A stretch of DNA of 64,000 bases from a virus (Duplodnaviria; Caudoviricetes): the IMG/VR virus record IMGVR_UViG_3300024269_004845; one strand, written 5' to 3'. A model generated the notes under the pieces. The model was given only the letters and a program-made list of their open reading frames with translations. It searched no databases and had not been told where the DNA came from. Shown here piece after piece: positions 20,142 through 30,635 of the stretch; position 1 is the first letter of the stretch, and each line of letters opens with the position of its first letter. A program made the translations under genes and the position numbers.

Positions 20142-20779
20142 TGGATATTTTCGGATTCGTAGGACCATCAGGCAGTGGTAAAACATTGCTGACAAGAGCA
20201 ATCGAAGCGTTTTTCAAAACGAAGGCGATGGGTATGATTCCTAATGGTTATGAACCTATTATCATTGAGGCCGTAAAAGCCAACATGCATAAAGAGGTTA
20301 AGCCTATCGGGGATAAAGTCGTTACAAAGGAAGTAATCAGCCATACTACAAGAAATCCTCGTAAAGGGGAAATCAATGGCATTCATTATCACTTTGTAAG
20401 TGTAGAAGAGTTTAAGGCTCTCGAGAAATACGAGGAAACCATTTATAACGGTGACCATTATGGCTTGACTGTAAATGCTGTAAATGAGGTTTTGCGTTTC
20501 GCAGAATTTGCTATTGCAGTTGTTGACCAGAAGGGTATCGAAAATATTCGTCGTATAACTCCTGATATCCGTGCTATCTTCATCAAGACTACGTTGGAGG
20601 TCATGGAGGAACATATGAGAGCTCGAGGCGATTCTGAAGAAAACATCGCTAAGAGGCTGAACAATGCGGTTGCGAACAATGAGTTGGAATTTCCTGGTGC
20701 CGATTATGTAATCGATAATACTGGGGAACTTTCTAAAACTCTTGGAGAGGCAATCGATATTATCGAATCTTTCCGATAA
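20141..20779 (+). CDS. gmk: Guanylate kinase-like protein with an insertion after the P-loop
   Basis: GPSGSGKT, SHTTRNPRKGEINGIHYHFVS, YNGDHYG and RGDSEENIAKRL motifs. Confidence 0.85.
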   Translation: MDIFGFVGPSGSGKTLLTRAIEAFFKTKAMGMIPNGYEPIIIEAVKANMHKEVKPIGDKVVTKEVISHTTRNPRKGEINGIHYHFVSVEEFKALEKYEETIYNGDHYGLTVNAVNEVLRFAEFAIAVVDQKGIENIRRITPDIRAIFIKTTLEVMEEHMRARGDSEENIAKRLNNAVANNELEFPGADYVIDNTGELSKTLGEAIDIIESFR

Positions 20780-20819
20780 AAATAAAACCAGGAACCGTAA
20801 GGCTCCTGGTTTTATTTTT

Positions 20820-21905
20820 TTATAATAAATCTTTGTCAGAAACATCAAACTCTATTTCAATATCCTCAAAAGAATCCGTTTTCTTTTTTTCGTCTTTTTT
20901 ATCTTTTTGCTGATTTTTAGGGTCTTGTTTTTGACCTGAATTATCAGTTTTGGTTTCGACAACTTCTGGTAATTGATATATGGATGTATTCTTTTTAGGA
21001 ATTGGGTTATCTCCATCTTCTACTAAAGTTGAAGGTTTTGTTTCAATAATCAAATCTTCTTTTGCGGGTTGTTTTTTGGGCTCATTTTTCTTGTTTTGAG
21101 CCTTTTCTACGACGTTTTTAACGGGCTGAATAGGTGTTTGTTTTACAACTGGTTTTTGTGAATCGCCCATTTTAAGAGTATTTACATTATTTTGCGGCTC
21201 ATTAAAATAACTGTTACCTAATTTTGTATGAAATTTTTTATCAATTATTCTGTCTAGGTCCCTAATTTTATTGATTAGGTCTTTCATTTTCTTTTCGTCG
21301 GCTGCAATATCTACGTTTATATAGAATTTATAGTCAATAGAAAAGCTTTGAGTTTTTTTATTATAATAGACTAAAGAATATCCATGGTCTATATCTTCTG
21401 GCATTTTCATCTCTCCATAAATTTCTTTAAGTACTTGGTTTAATCTTAAAACTGCAAATTTTTCAACAAAGCCTCGTCTTTTCATGAGTGGTATAATTTC
21501 TGTTTGATTTACGCCAAAAGATGACATTATGTAATTTCTGTTCAAATCAAATTGATGAATTATTATTATTTTATTAATATCTAATGAATTTTTTGTATTC
21601 ATAGATGTAGTAAAACCGATATCAATCATGTACTCATTTATTTTTTTTCTCACTAAATCAAACTCATAATTTAGCTCGCTTGTATTTTTTGTAAATTCTT
21701 TTCTTTTTGAAAGCATTATTTCAAAGTCTTCATCTGAAATATTTTCATTCAATATATTTCTAAAGATTTTTTCATCAATTTTCTTTTCATTATATAATAT
21801 ATTGACAGCTTCTTTTAGTGATTCGTCTATAGAATCCGAATAATGTTTCTTAAATTCGGAGCGATATTCTAAAAGTGTTCTGCCTGATTTATTCAATCTT
21901 TCCAT
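20820..21905 (-). CDS. Hypothetical protein with a low-complexity K/Q/P-rich C-terminal tail
   Basis: 361-aa ORF with AAGGAG RBS, in an operon with lepB. Confidence 0.75.
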   Translation of the reverse strand: MERLNKSGRTLLEYRSEFKKHYSDSIDESLKEAVNILYNEKKIDEKIFRNILNENISDEDFEIMLSKRKEFTKNTSELNYEFDLVRKKINEYMIDIGFTTSMNTKNSLDINKIIIIHQFDLNRNYIMSSFGVNQTEIIPLMKRRGFVEKFAVLRLNQVLKEIYGEMKMPEDIDHGYSLVYYNKKTQSFSIDYKFYINVDIAADEKKMKDLINKIRDLDRIIDKKFHTKLGNSYFNEPQNNVNTLKMGDSQKPVVKQTPIQPVKNVVEKAQNKKNEPKKQPAKEDLIIETKPSTLVEDGDNPIPKKNTSIYQLPEVVETKTDNSGQKQDPKNQQKDKKDEKKKTDSFEDIEIEFDVSDKDLL

Positions 21906-21921
21906 TACTCGAACTCCTTTC

Positions 21922-22452
21922 TTATTTTATTATTTGTGGCTTTGGGAATACCTCCAAAATAACTTTTCCCATTATTTGTTCATGGGGGACTAAACCTACC
22001 AACTCGAATCGGCTATCTAGACTATTTTGTCGATTGTCACCCATTAAAAAGTAGTTCCCATCAGTTACTCTTACTTCTAGGTTTTCTAGTGGTGGGTTAT
22101 TGATATATGGCTCATCTATTTTTTCGCCATTTACAAAAACTTCACCGTTTTCGATTTTTATTGTGTCTCCAGGGATAGCGATAACTCTTTTAATTAATGC
22201 CTTGCCAAGGGTGGGAGAATCAAAAACAACTACATCTCCATGACTATATTCTTCTGTGAAATAGTATCTAGAAGCAAATAAAAAATTTCCGTGTGTAAAT
22301 GTTGGGTTCATTGAACTACCATCTACTTTTACTGAAAAAACAAAAATAGACATAAATAAATATATAAATATAGCGAATATGATTGTCATCGTCCAATCCT
22401 TCAATTCTTTTTTTTGCTTGTCTGTAAAAAACATTATAGCACCTCTCATCAT
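21922..22452 (-). CDS. lepB: Signal peptidase I (likely start ATG 22434)
   Basis: VDGSSMNPT (catalytic Ser), LIKRVIAIPGD (Lys) and MGDNRQNSLDSR motifs. Confidence 0.93.
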   Translation of the reverse strand: MMRGAIMFFTDKQKKELKDWTMTIIFAIFIYLFMSIFVFSVKVDGSSMNPTFTHGNFLFASRYYFTEEYSHGDVVVFDSPTLGKALIKRVIAIPGDTIKIENGEVFVNGEKIDEPYINNPPLENLEVRVTDGNYFLMGDNRQNSLDSRFELVGLVPHEQIMGKVILEVFPKPQIIK

Positions 22453-22602
22453 TTTCTTATTTTACATTATATATTATTTTAAAATAAAAAACAATATTTA
22501 AATGTTTTTAGCTATGGGATTTTCTGGCTTTCTATTTATTTTTTATCTGTAAATATGTTATAATATAGATATAGGATAAAACAAAAGAAAAGAGGGCGGA
22601 AT

Positions 22603-23250
22603 ATGAAGAATTATTTACAGTTCGAAAATTTTCTGAATCATCCCAAGGTTGCAGAAAAGAACTCAAAAGTTTTGGAAGCTGCTATGAAAAAACATCGTTT
22701 GCGCTTTCCTCAAGAAAGGGATACTGAGGTCGAAAACCATCGTTTCACACCATTCGTATATACATTCTACGATATGGTTGAGAAAAGTGGATGGGTACCA
22801 TTCCAAGATTCTTTCGCTAATGAGTACATAAAGCAACATAGCGAAGAATTTGGAGACCTGTATAACAGAAAGAAAAGTGCTATTGATGCTCGTCTGCGTA
22901 GATGTCATCCTTCCTATGCCAGAGACCTTCATTTTGCAATGAAATGTAAGGAATCAGGGTTGTTTGATGATGTGATTTACAACGTAGACCTCGACGTGAA
23001 ACAGGGTATCGACTTACTTATTCTTAAAAACGCTCATTTTTATGGTATTCATTGCTTTACCAGAACTTCTCGTGGGCAGTTTTTCAGAGATAGGAAAGAT
23101 AATCGTCATGAAGATAAAAACAACTTCGTTACGGAATTGGATTTTACCGTTTATAAAGAAGATGGTTATTCTTGTGGTGATTATTTTCTCTTTGGAGATA
23201 AACAGGTCAAGGCGTTAGCAGAACTTATCCAAAACGCAAGCATTTCATAA
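22603..23250 (+). CDS. Putative PD-(D/E)xK restriction-endonuclease-like protein
   Basis: DLDVKQGIDLLI motif preceded by an ARLRR helix, reminiscent of TaqI-like endonucleases; monocistronic with own promoter and terminator. Confidence 0.45.
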   Translation: MKNYLQFENFLNHPKVAEKNSKVLEAAMKKHRLRFPQERDTEVENHRFTPFVYTFYDMVEKSGWVPFQDSFANEYIKQHSEEFGDLYNRKKSAIDARLRRCHPSYARDLHFAMKCKESGLFDDVIYNVDLDVKQGIDLLILKNAHFYGIHCFTRTSRGQFFRDRKDNRHEDKNNFVTELDFTVYKEDGYSCGDYFLFGDKQVKALAELIQNASIS

Positions 23251-23288
23251 CAAAAAGCCGAATCTTTCGATTCGGCTTTTCTTTTTTT

Positions 23289-25649
23289 TTATTTTTTGGT
23301 TTCAAAAATAAAATCTAATTTCGAAAAATCATCAGAATACTTCAGTTTCGCGTACCAAGGCTTTCCATTTTTAAAGAACTTTTTGGTGGCAGTAGTCTTT
23401 CCTGATAGTAAATCTTTTACATCTTTGTCTGTTAGATTCGAATTACAGATTGTTTTACTTAGGAAAAAGCTACATTCCTCGTTATCACATTTGCAAATTT
23501 TGCCTTTATCAATGATTTCGCCACCGCATTTAGGGCATTTTGCAACTGCTTTTTCTTGTGCAAAAGAATACTTAACAGTTTTAGTTTCGTCATCAATAAT
23601 TAAGCTAGCTTCAAATGTTTTTCCTGTGGTTTTACTTTTGAATTTCATGACTTTAGTTGCATTTCCGTTAAGAAGTTTTTTGATTTCTCCATCTGGGATA
23701 TCTTTTCCACCGATGTTTCTTGCAATAACGAAATCACAAGGGTCAACTTCTCCCTTATAATTTCTACAAATAGCATATTTGTTTCCGAGAACAACATCTT
23801 TTCCGCACTTTGGGCACTTGCCAATAGCTTCCTTGGTTGCATTTCCACCAAAATTGGTGTTTATTGTATTAATAAAATCTTTTGTTTCTTTTTCTGTGTA
23901 TGCTCGCATTTCCTTCATAAAATTATCCATACTTAAATCGGATTCTTCCATTTTGCGAAGTTTTTCTTCCCATTGAGCAGTCATATCAGGAAGAATTACG
24001 TCCTTACCAGTTAAAACTTCAATCACAGATTTCCCTAGGTCTGTCGCTCTAATGGTTTTACCTTTTCTGGTAAGAAGATTTTTCTCAATCAATCTCTCAA
24101 TTATACCAGCTCTTGTGGCAGCTGTGCCAAGGCCCTTGGTTTCAACTAGGATTTCTTTTAGTGATTCATCCTCAAGGAATTTACCAGCTTGCTGCATGGC
24201 TGCGAGGAGAGAGCTGTCTGTATAAGGCTTAGGAGGCTGTGTCTGTTTTGCGTTTAATTTATAATCTTTTACGTCGTATTCCTCTCCTTGCTTTACAGGT
24301 GGCAGTTCAACATCTTCACTTGGTTTCTTATAAATCTCTTTATATCCTAACTGAATGACTACACTGCCTGTGGTTTTAAATTTTTCGCCGTTTGTATCTG
24401 TAATAATTACAGTTTTATTTGTAATACATGGGTCCATAAATATAGATATGGTCTTTTTGATTACTAGCATATATAACTTTTTCTCTTTATCAGTTAATGC
24501 TGAAAGATTCGGCTTTTGTTTTGTGAAAATAATGGCATGGTGGTCCGTAACTTTTTTGTTGTCTACATATTTTTTGTTTGCCATTGTTCTTGAAATTCTA
24601 GTAGGGTCAGCGAGAATTGCTTTAACATGTTTTTCTACTTCGGGAACATCTTTAATTGCTTCCAGATGCTTAACAATTTCTTTTGAAAGATTTGTAGATA
24701 ATGCTCTGGATTCAGTTCTTGGATATGATAAAATCTTGTGTTTTTCGTATAAGGCTTGTGCAATATCCAATGTTTCATTTGCCGTAAATCCATAAACTCT
24801 GTTAGCTTCTTTCTGAAGCTCAGCCAAAGAAAACAGAGCAGGAGCAAATTCTGTAACTTTGTTTTCTTCAACCGATTCAATTTTCCCTTTTTTACCAAGT
24901 CTTGAAATTAGCTTTTTTGCATCTTCTTCTGTTTTAAAAGAATTTTCGTTAGTGTCGGGATTAAACCAAAGACCTTTGTACTTTCCAAAATCAGCTTCAA
25001 TTTCATAGTAATTTTCAGGCTTAAAGTTTTCGATTGCTAAATCACGTTGAACAACAATATTTAAGGTTGGAGTCTGCACTCTGCCAACAGGGATTAATTT
25101 ATTTGTCTTTAATGTTGCGGCTCGGCTAAGGTTCATACCAATTAACCAGTCAGAATACATTCTACAGAGAGAAGAATCTCTTAAAGCATTCAAATACTTA
25201 TCAGAACTATATTCTAGCAAGTTATCTAATGCTAGAGAAAGAGTTTCTGTGGTTGTATCCGATGCCCATAAGCGTTTAACAGGCAACTTACAACCTGTCT
25301 TCATATAAAATGTCCAAAAGATTGCTTCGCCTTCTCGACCCGCGTCGCATGCATTTACTACGAAGTCATAAACTCCGCTATTTAATGCGTCTTTGATGTT
25401 TTTATATTCTTTTGAACAATCGCTTTTTACGTTGAAAGTAAATTTTTCGGGTATCATTGGGAGGACGTCTAAGTTCCATGGTTTACCCCATTTAGATTCA
25501 TAATCATCTGGCTGACTTAATTCCATGAAATGCCCTCTAAACGACATAAAATCTGCATCATAACTTCTTGATGCAGTACCAAAAGAACTTTTTATATCTC
25601 TCATCAATGATGGTTTTTCTGCAAGAATTAGTGCTCTCAAATTAAACAA
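23289..25649 (-). CDS. topB: Type IA DNA topoisomerase III with C-terminal zinc-ribbon repeats
   Basis: LAEKPS, NACDAGREGE, GRVQTPTL, LSYPRTES (catalytic Tyr), GLGTAATRA motifs; CPKCG repeats. Confidence 0.93.
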   Translation of the reverse strand: MFNLRALILAEKPSLMRDIKSSFGTASRSYDADFMSFRGHFMELSQPDDYESKWGKPWNLDVLPMIPEKFTFNVKSDCSKEYKNIKDALNSGVYDFVVNACDAGREGEAIFWTFYMKTGCKLPVKRLWASDTTTETLSLALDNLLEYSSDKYLNALRDSSLCRMYSDWLIGMNLSRAATLKTNKLIPVGRVQTPTLNIVVQRDLAIENFKPENYYEIEADFGKYKGLWFNPDTNENSFKTEEDAKKLISRLGKKGKIESVEENKVTEFAPALFSLAELQKEANRVYGFTANETLDIAQALYEKHKILSYPRTESRALSTNLSKEIVKHLEAIKDVPEVEKHVKAILADPTRISRTMANKKYVDNKKVTDHHAIIFTKQKPNLSALTDKEKKLYMLVIKKTISIFMDPCITNKTVIITDTNGEKFKTTGSVVIQLGYKEIYKKPSEDVELPPVKQGEEYDVKDYKLNAKQTQPPKPYTDSSLLAAMQQAGKFLEDESLKEILVETKGLGTAATRAGIIERLIEKNLLTRKGKTIRATDLGKSVIEVLTGKDVILPDMTAQWEEKLRKMEESDLSMDNFMKEMRAYTEKETKDFINTINTNFGGNATKEAIGKCPKCGKDVVLGNKYAICRNYKGEVDPCDFVIARNIGGKDIPDGEIKKLLNGNATKVMKFKSKTTGKTFEASLIIDDETKTVKYSFAQEKAVAKCPKCGGEIIDKGKICKCDNEECSFFLSKTICNSNLTDKDVKDLLSGKTTATKKFFKNGKPWYAKLKYSDDFSKLDFIFETKK

Positions 25650-25843
25650 ACCTCATTTCTTTTTGGATTTTATAAAATAATTATAACGCATTTTTCAAAA
25701 AAAATCAATAGGGAAGGGATGGAATTGAAGGAATTTTTAAAAATCTTTATCGTTCAATATATTAATATTTTGTAGTTATATATATTGCATTCTTTATTAT
25801 ATCTTTATTATTCAATTAATTTCATTTGTCTGTTAGTTATCTA

Positions 25844-25874
25844 GTTGAATAAAATTAGTCTAATTTTATTCAAC
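25844..25874. repeat. Perfect 15-bp inverted repeat in a 450-bp AT-rich divergent intergenic region
   Basis: GTTGAATAAAATTAG-T-CTAATTTTATTCAAC. Confidence 0.85.
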
Positions 25875-26099
25875 GTTATGATTATTATTTGTAATTGTAT
25901 TTTTCTACTACGTAATAAAATTAAGAAAGAAAAAAGAGTTTAAGAAATATATAATATTGAATGGGAGAATATATTGTTATGTGATTTAACGTCTTTGTTT
26001 TTATATTTAAGAAAAAACTTAAGTATAATTATAAAAACGATTAGATATTACTTGGATTTTTCTTTTTGTCCGTGAAATATACTAGATGGGGGTGTCAAC

Positions 26100-27167
26100 A
26101 TGTTTAAAAATCTAAGAAAAGAACGAATCATTTGTATATTACTTATGATTGTTTCGATTTTTGCTTTTGTTACATTTTTAAATACTGAATCTGTTTTTGC
26201 TGATAGAACAAGTGCTCTTAATGACGGTGCTCAATTGTGGGGTGCTGGCACTACTTGTTCTTGTGCTCCAACTTATGCAGTAATCGAAAGGAGTAATGAA
26301 GCAGATGGTAGTGTAAAGGGCACTACAGTAAATTATGCTAATCCTACTGTTGAAACTAAAAATTCGGCAAAAGTTTGTAGATACACTAGAGATGATGGTG
26401 GTACTATTAAAACATTAGATGTACAATGTAATAAACCAAACGGTAGTGTCTATATGCAAAAATACATAGATGCTGGCATATTTGAAGATGATAATGACGC
26501 CAATAAATTTTATAATGATGCATATGCTTATGCGGGATATGTTCAGCAAGGATTATCTACAAAAACCCAAAGTGGTGTAACTATTGGTATTTCTAATATT
26601 CAAACTGATATTACTGGTAGTGGATGGTCTGATATGGGTAATGGACAATTTCAGAGAGCAATGTTTGAATTTAATAATAATGCACATTATGTATATTCTT
26701 TCTTGATTGGATTTGCTTTTGTTACAGCAATGTTAGTATTTATACTCATTTTTATGAAAATAACTTGGTTGCCTGACCACCCTATTAAGAGAAGAGAAGC
26801 TATGGAAGACATCGTAACCAGCGGCGTTTCTGTTATTCTTACTGGTGGTATTTGGGTTGTTATTAGTTTATTCCAATCTATATTCGACCGTTTTTGGTCC
26901 TCTTATGCAGTTTATTCGAAAGATTGGAGAAGCGTTGCAAATATGTTCTTATATGAATATAAGGGATTAGTTATTGGGATACTTGGTGTTGCTGCTTTAA
27001 CTGCTCTTTTAATGTTAATTAAAAATTTCGTCGGTTTGTCCTTTAGTGGGGACAACCCAGGAGCAAGAAAACAAAAAATCATTTCAATTCTATTCTGTGG
27101 AATCGCAACTGCTGGTCTAGGTGGATTAGCAATTGTTATGGGATTCTTCTGGAACATGCTTGGATAA
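26100..27167 (+). CDS. Exported/membrane protein with two tandem VirB2/TrbC-like pilin modules
   Basis: Signal peptide ending VFA; Cys-containing extracellular region; two helix-loop-helix repeats with loops DHPIKRREA and GDNPGARKQK. Confidence 0.55.
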   Translation: MFKNLRKERIICILLMIVSIFAFVTFLNTESVFADRTSALNDGAQLWGAGTTCSCAPTYAVIERSNEADGSVKGTTVNYANPTVETKNSAKVCRYTRDDGGTIKTLDVQCNKPNGSVYMQKYIDAGIFEDDNDANKFYNDAYAYAGYVQQGLSTKTQSGVTIGISNIQTDITGSGWSDMGNGQFQRAMFEFNNNAHYVYSFLIGFAFVTAMLVFILIFMKITWLPDHPIKRREAMEDIVTSGVSVILTGGIWVVISLFQSIFDRFWSSYAVYSKDWRSVANMFLYEYKGLVIGILGVAALTALLMLIKNFVGLSFSGDNPGARKQKIISILFCGIATAGLGGLAIVMGFFWNMLG

Positions 27168-27213
27168 ATATACAAAAATTAAAAGAAGCTGCTTTCAAGC
27201 AGCTTCTTTTTTA

Positions 27214-27717
27214 TTAATATATTGGTTTGTCATTTTCGAATTTACCTGCGTAATTAAATAACACTTCTCCAGTTTGTTTATCTTGTATTTTTATAAATCC
27301 TGTGCCATCAAGTTTATTGTCTATAAAAAATCCAGATTTTGTTATTATTTTGTCTTCCGTAATGATGGTTATATCTCCTTCTTGTAGGTTGAAATTGTTA
27401 AAAGAGCCTTCAAGATAATATTCAACATTTTTATTTATTAAAGATATATTTCCTTCTTTAAAAACGCCATCCTTAAAAGTTCCTGTCAATTTAAAATCGT
27501 TATTTTCACTTTCTATAACTGTATATCCATTTAATTTATCATCGAGTAATTCACCTGATATCTTTAAAGTTGGATAAAATGTGCTATTAATATCATATGT
27601 TGTATCATCAGAAGATGGTTTCAGTAATGAAGTACAAATAATAATGGCTGTAATTATTGATACAATTAACAATCCAATAATTATATAAACTTTATTTTTT
27701 TGTATAAATTCCATCAA
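27214..27717 (-). CDS. Membrane-anchored protein with MORN-like beta repeats
   Basis: N-terminal TM; repeated GxFxxxxxxG motifs (GTFKDGVFKEG, GFFIDNKLDGTG, YAGKFEND). Confidence 0.65.
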   Translation of the reverse strand: MMEFIQKNKVYIIIGLLIVSIITAIIICTSLLKPSSDDTTYDINSTFYPTLKISGELLDDKLNGYTVIESENNDFKLTGTFKDGVFKEGNISLINKNVEYYLEGSFNNFNLQEGDITIITEDKIITKSGFFIDNKLDGTGFIKIQDKQTGEVLFNYAGKFENDKPIY

Positions 27718-27793
27718 TGCAACCTCCTTTTAGACTTTTTTAAAATTATATTCAGGGGGTTTTTAAAATATAGTTAATAAAAGAATTACAAGA

Positions 27794-28897
27794 ATGAAAA
27801 TATATTTGTGGAGGCAAAAAATAATGAAAAAAATACAGGAGTATTTTAAAGAATCTCCAGAGGTTCTAAATTTTATTCTATTTGTCGTTGGGGCCGTTTG
27901 TTTAGTATTCTTTACAAACCATTTAAGTGGTATATTTGCGCCCTTTTTAATTGCTTATATCGTCACAATGATAACTAGACCATTAATGGATAAACTAACA
28001 AATAAATTGCGAGTCCCTAGGTTATTGGCAACTATTATTTGTATGTTATTGATAGTTGTTGTCGGAGGGGTTGTGATTTGGTTCTTTATCCATAATATCG
28101 TAGATGGTATAACTTATGTAATTAATCTAATTAGTGACAAATTTACAACACAGAATATTCTTTCTTATGTGAATTTAATAGAAGAAAAATTAGATGCGTT
28201 TAATAAATTTGGGGAATTTGAAATAGATATAGTAACAATAACTAATGAATTTTACAGCTTAATTAAGGGATTAATTAGTTCTTTGTCTGCTATGAGTATT
28301 AACATTGCTATGGGAATTCCTGCTTTTCTTGTGGCTTTCATTATTGGCTGTATTGCATCTTTTTATATGCTATATGATTATCCTAGGATTTCTGGGTTTT
28401 TATCAAAGCAGTTTTCCGACAAAACGGCGAAAATAGTAAACGTATTTAATACGAATGTATTATTTTCTTTGATGAAAATGATATTTTCATATGCAATACT
28501 TTCAGTAGTTTGTTTCTGCGAACTAGCTATTGGTTTTTTTGTACTTGGTATAAAAGATGCTTGGTTTGTTGCGTTTATAATTGCCATTATTGATGTTTTC
28601 CCTATTCTAGGAAGTGGCGGTATATTAGTTCCTTGGTCAATTCTTAGTTTCTTAACTGGGAAGCCGATAATTGGTATTGGGCTGATTGTGTTGTGGGGAG
28701 TCATTATTGTTGTAAGACAGATATTAGAACCCAAAGTAGTAGGCGCACAAATAGGATTACATCCTTTACTGACTATCATGACCTTATTTATAGGGCTGAA
28801 AACTATGGGCGGATTAGGGTTGTTAATGGGACCACTATATGTCATAGTTTGTAAAAAGCTTACCGAATCTGGTATAATTAGCTTGTATAAAGAATAA
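27794..28897 (+). CDS. ytvI: YtvI-like AI-2E family membrane protein (likely start 27824)
   Basis: APFLIAY, DVFPILGSG and RQILEPKVVGAQIGLHPL motifs. Confidence 0.88.
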   Translation: MKIYLWRQKIMKKIQEYFKESPEVLNFILFVVGAVCLVFFTNHLSGIFAPFLIAYIVTMITRPLMDKLTNKLRVPRLLATIICMLLIVVVGGVVIWFFIHNIVDGITYVINLISDKFTTQNILSYVNLIEEKLDAFNKFGEFEIDIVTITNEFYSLIKGLISSLSAMSINIAMGIPAFLVAFIIGCIASFYMLYDYPRISGFLSKQFSDKTAKIVNVFNTNVLFSLMKMIFSYAILSVVCFCELAIGFFVLGIKDAWFVAFIIAIIDVFPILGSGGILVPWSILSFLTGKPIIGIGLIVLWGVIIVVRQILEPKVVGAQIGLHPLLTIMTLFIGLKTMGGLGLLMGPLYVIVCKKLTESGIISLYKE

Positions 28898-28998
28898 TAA
28901 CGCAGTATATAAGCATAATTATTAATTATTTATTATAATATAAAAGATGAAGAGTCGTTTATTATGACTATTTGAAATAATTGAAAGGAGTTGTTTTC

Positions 28999-29277
28999 AT
29001 GAACAAGGCACAACTTATTAAGGCTATTAGCGAGGAGAGTGGTCTTTCTCAGAAGGACACTGCACTTTTCTTAGATTCTTTCGTTAATGTCGTTACCGAA
29101 GCAGTAGTTAATGATGATAAAGTCAAAATTGTTGATTTCGGTACTTTCTATTCTAAGGAAAGAGCTCCTAAGTTAGGAGTTAATCCTAAGAATCCTAGCG
29201 AAAAGATTCAAATTCCTGCTAAAGTCGTTCCTACATTTAGTGCTGGAAAGGGATTTAAGAATAAATTCGAAAAGTAA
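28999..29277 (+). CDS. hup: HU family DNA-binding protein
   Basis: MNKAQLI, DFGTF, GVNPK and IPAKVVPTFSAGK motifs. Confidence 0.93.
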   Translation: MNKAQLIKAISEESGLSQKDTALFLDSFVNVVTEAVVNDDKVKIVDFGTFYSKERAPKLGVNPKNPSEKIQIPAKVVPTFSAGKGFKNKFEK

Positions 29278-29314
29278 TTAATTTTAGTTTTTTGAAAGAG
29301 GTGGCGAATTAAAA

Positions 29315-29692
29315 ATGTATATAGTGTATAGTATAGGTATCATGTTTATTATGTTTTGTATTGTCGATTTGGTATACATGGGGTATAAAAAATATTTGGA
29401 ATTCGTTTCAAAAAAAAGTGGACAAAAGAGAGATGAAAATGTATCATTACTATATCCATCCGTATTTTTAGTTGGTTGCCTAATAAGAATTCTATTCTAC
29501 GAAAAAAACGTCGCTTTTTTAATATTGTTTAAAGAGACCTTTTTATGGGGACTTTTAGCACTATTAATAATTTTTAATATTATCGTCATAAAAAACCGTA
29601 TCAGTTCTGCGAAGAAAGATATTTCGATATTTAAGAATATAGAAAAAAGCGATGGCGAAAAATTGTTTAAAAAGAGAAATAATAAGAAATGA
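29315..29692 (+). CDS. Small membrane protein (3 TM)
   Basis: GAGGTG RBS; hydrophobic segments. Confidence 0.7.
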   Translation: MYIVYSIGIMFIMFCIVDLVYMGYKKYLEFVSKKSGQKRDENVSLLYPSVFLVGCLIRILFYEKNVAFLILFKETFLWGLLALLIIFNIIVIKNRISSAKKDISIFKNIEKSDGEKLFKKRNNKK

Positions 29693-29747
29693 TTTACATA
29701 ATAATAGGGTTGGCAAAAGCCAACCCTATTATTGTTTTTATATTTTG

Positions 29748-30635
29748 TTAAAGCGGGAATTTGCTTATTATTTCTACTTTTTTGTTGTATTCATTTATTT
29801 TTTGTTGCGCGGTTTCTTCCATTTCTAGTATCATAGAATTTGCCATTTGTTTTTTGGATTGCCAATTCTCTCCTGTGATTTTGTATTTAAGGATTGCTTC
29901 TTTTATTACCCCAACTGTTGCAAGTTCTGTTTCTGCAGACTCTCTTTTTGCGTTCAGGTCTGCAAGCAACTTCTCCTTTGTGGAGTTAAAAGAAATATCT
30001 TTTTCGAAAAATTCATCACATGTCTTTATTATGGAAGTTCTTAACTCTGATGGGTTTTTAGAGATTAAATCTTCTTTATTTTCTACATAATTAGATAAAA
30101 TTTCATCTATTGAAGAAAGAAATTTTGACTTGTTTTCTTCCATGTTGTCTTTTGTTCTATATTTATTTTCTGTAAAAAAACGAATTTTTTCCTTTAAAGA
30201 AAACTTATCTATTAATGCCTCTGATAAAAATAAATTTTGATTGATTGCTAGAAAATTGTTCGTTAGGTCGTTCTTATATTGAACATTATTCATTATACTT
30301 AAAATGGTATTAACATCTAATGTTGACTCCATAATAAGATTGTTAATGTTCCCTGCATGTCCTAAATATTCTAATAAACATTCATTGCTAACATCTGAAC
30401 TTTTAGTTAGGTCAAATGGAATAGAAATGATTTCATATGGCTCAAATACCGTGCCATTATTTTTGATTGCTAGCTGTCTAGAAGGCTTTGAGTCTGCCTT
30501 TTGTTGCATCTTTGTTAATTTTTTACTATAAACTGCTTCAATTTCTTCAATTACAAATACTGCTCCATCTTTGGCATATAGCATTCCTATTGGAGTTGTT
30601 GATACTTTATTTTTTGAAAAAGAATCTAAAAACAT
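29748..30635 (-). CDS. Hypothetical protein with coiled-coil C-terminus
   Basis: GGGAGG RBS; 295-aa ORF; terminator near 29700-29734. Confidence 0.75.
   Translation of the reverse strand: MFLDSFSKNKVSTTPIGMLYAKDGAVFVIEEIEAVYSKKLTKMQQKADSKPSRQLAIKNNGTVFEPYEIISIPFDLTKSSDVSNECLLEYLGHAGNINNLIMESTLDVNTILSIMNNVQYKNDLTNNFLAINQNLFLSEALIDKFSLKEKIRFFTENKYRTKDNMEENKSKFLSSIDEILSNYVENKEDLISKNPSELRTSIIKTCDEFFEKDISFNSTKEKLLADLNAKRESAETELATVGVIKEAILKYKITGENWQSKKQMANSMILEMEETAQQKINEYNKKVEIISKFPL

Noticed and set aside
19125-20201. 358-aa antisense ORF (also 20168..20848)
   Set aside because: Mirror of the + strand genes, which have RBSs and motifs; explained by their codon bias
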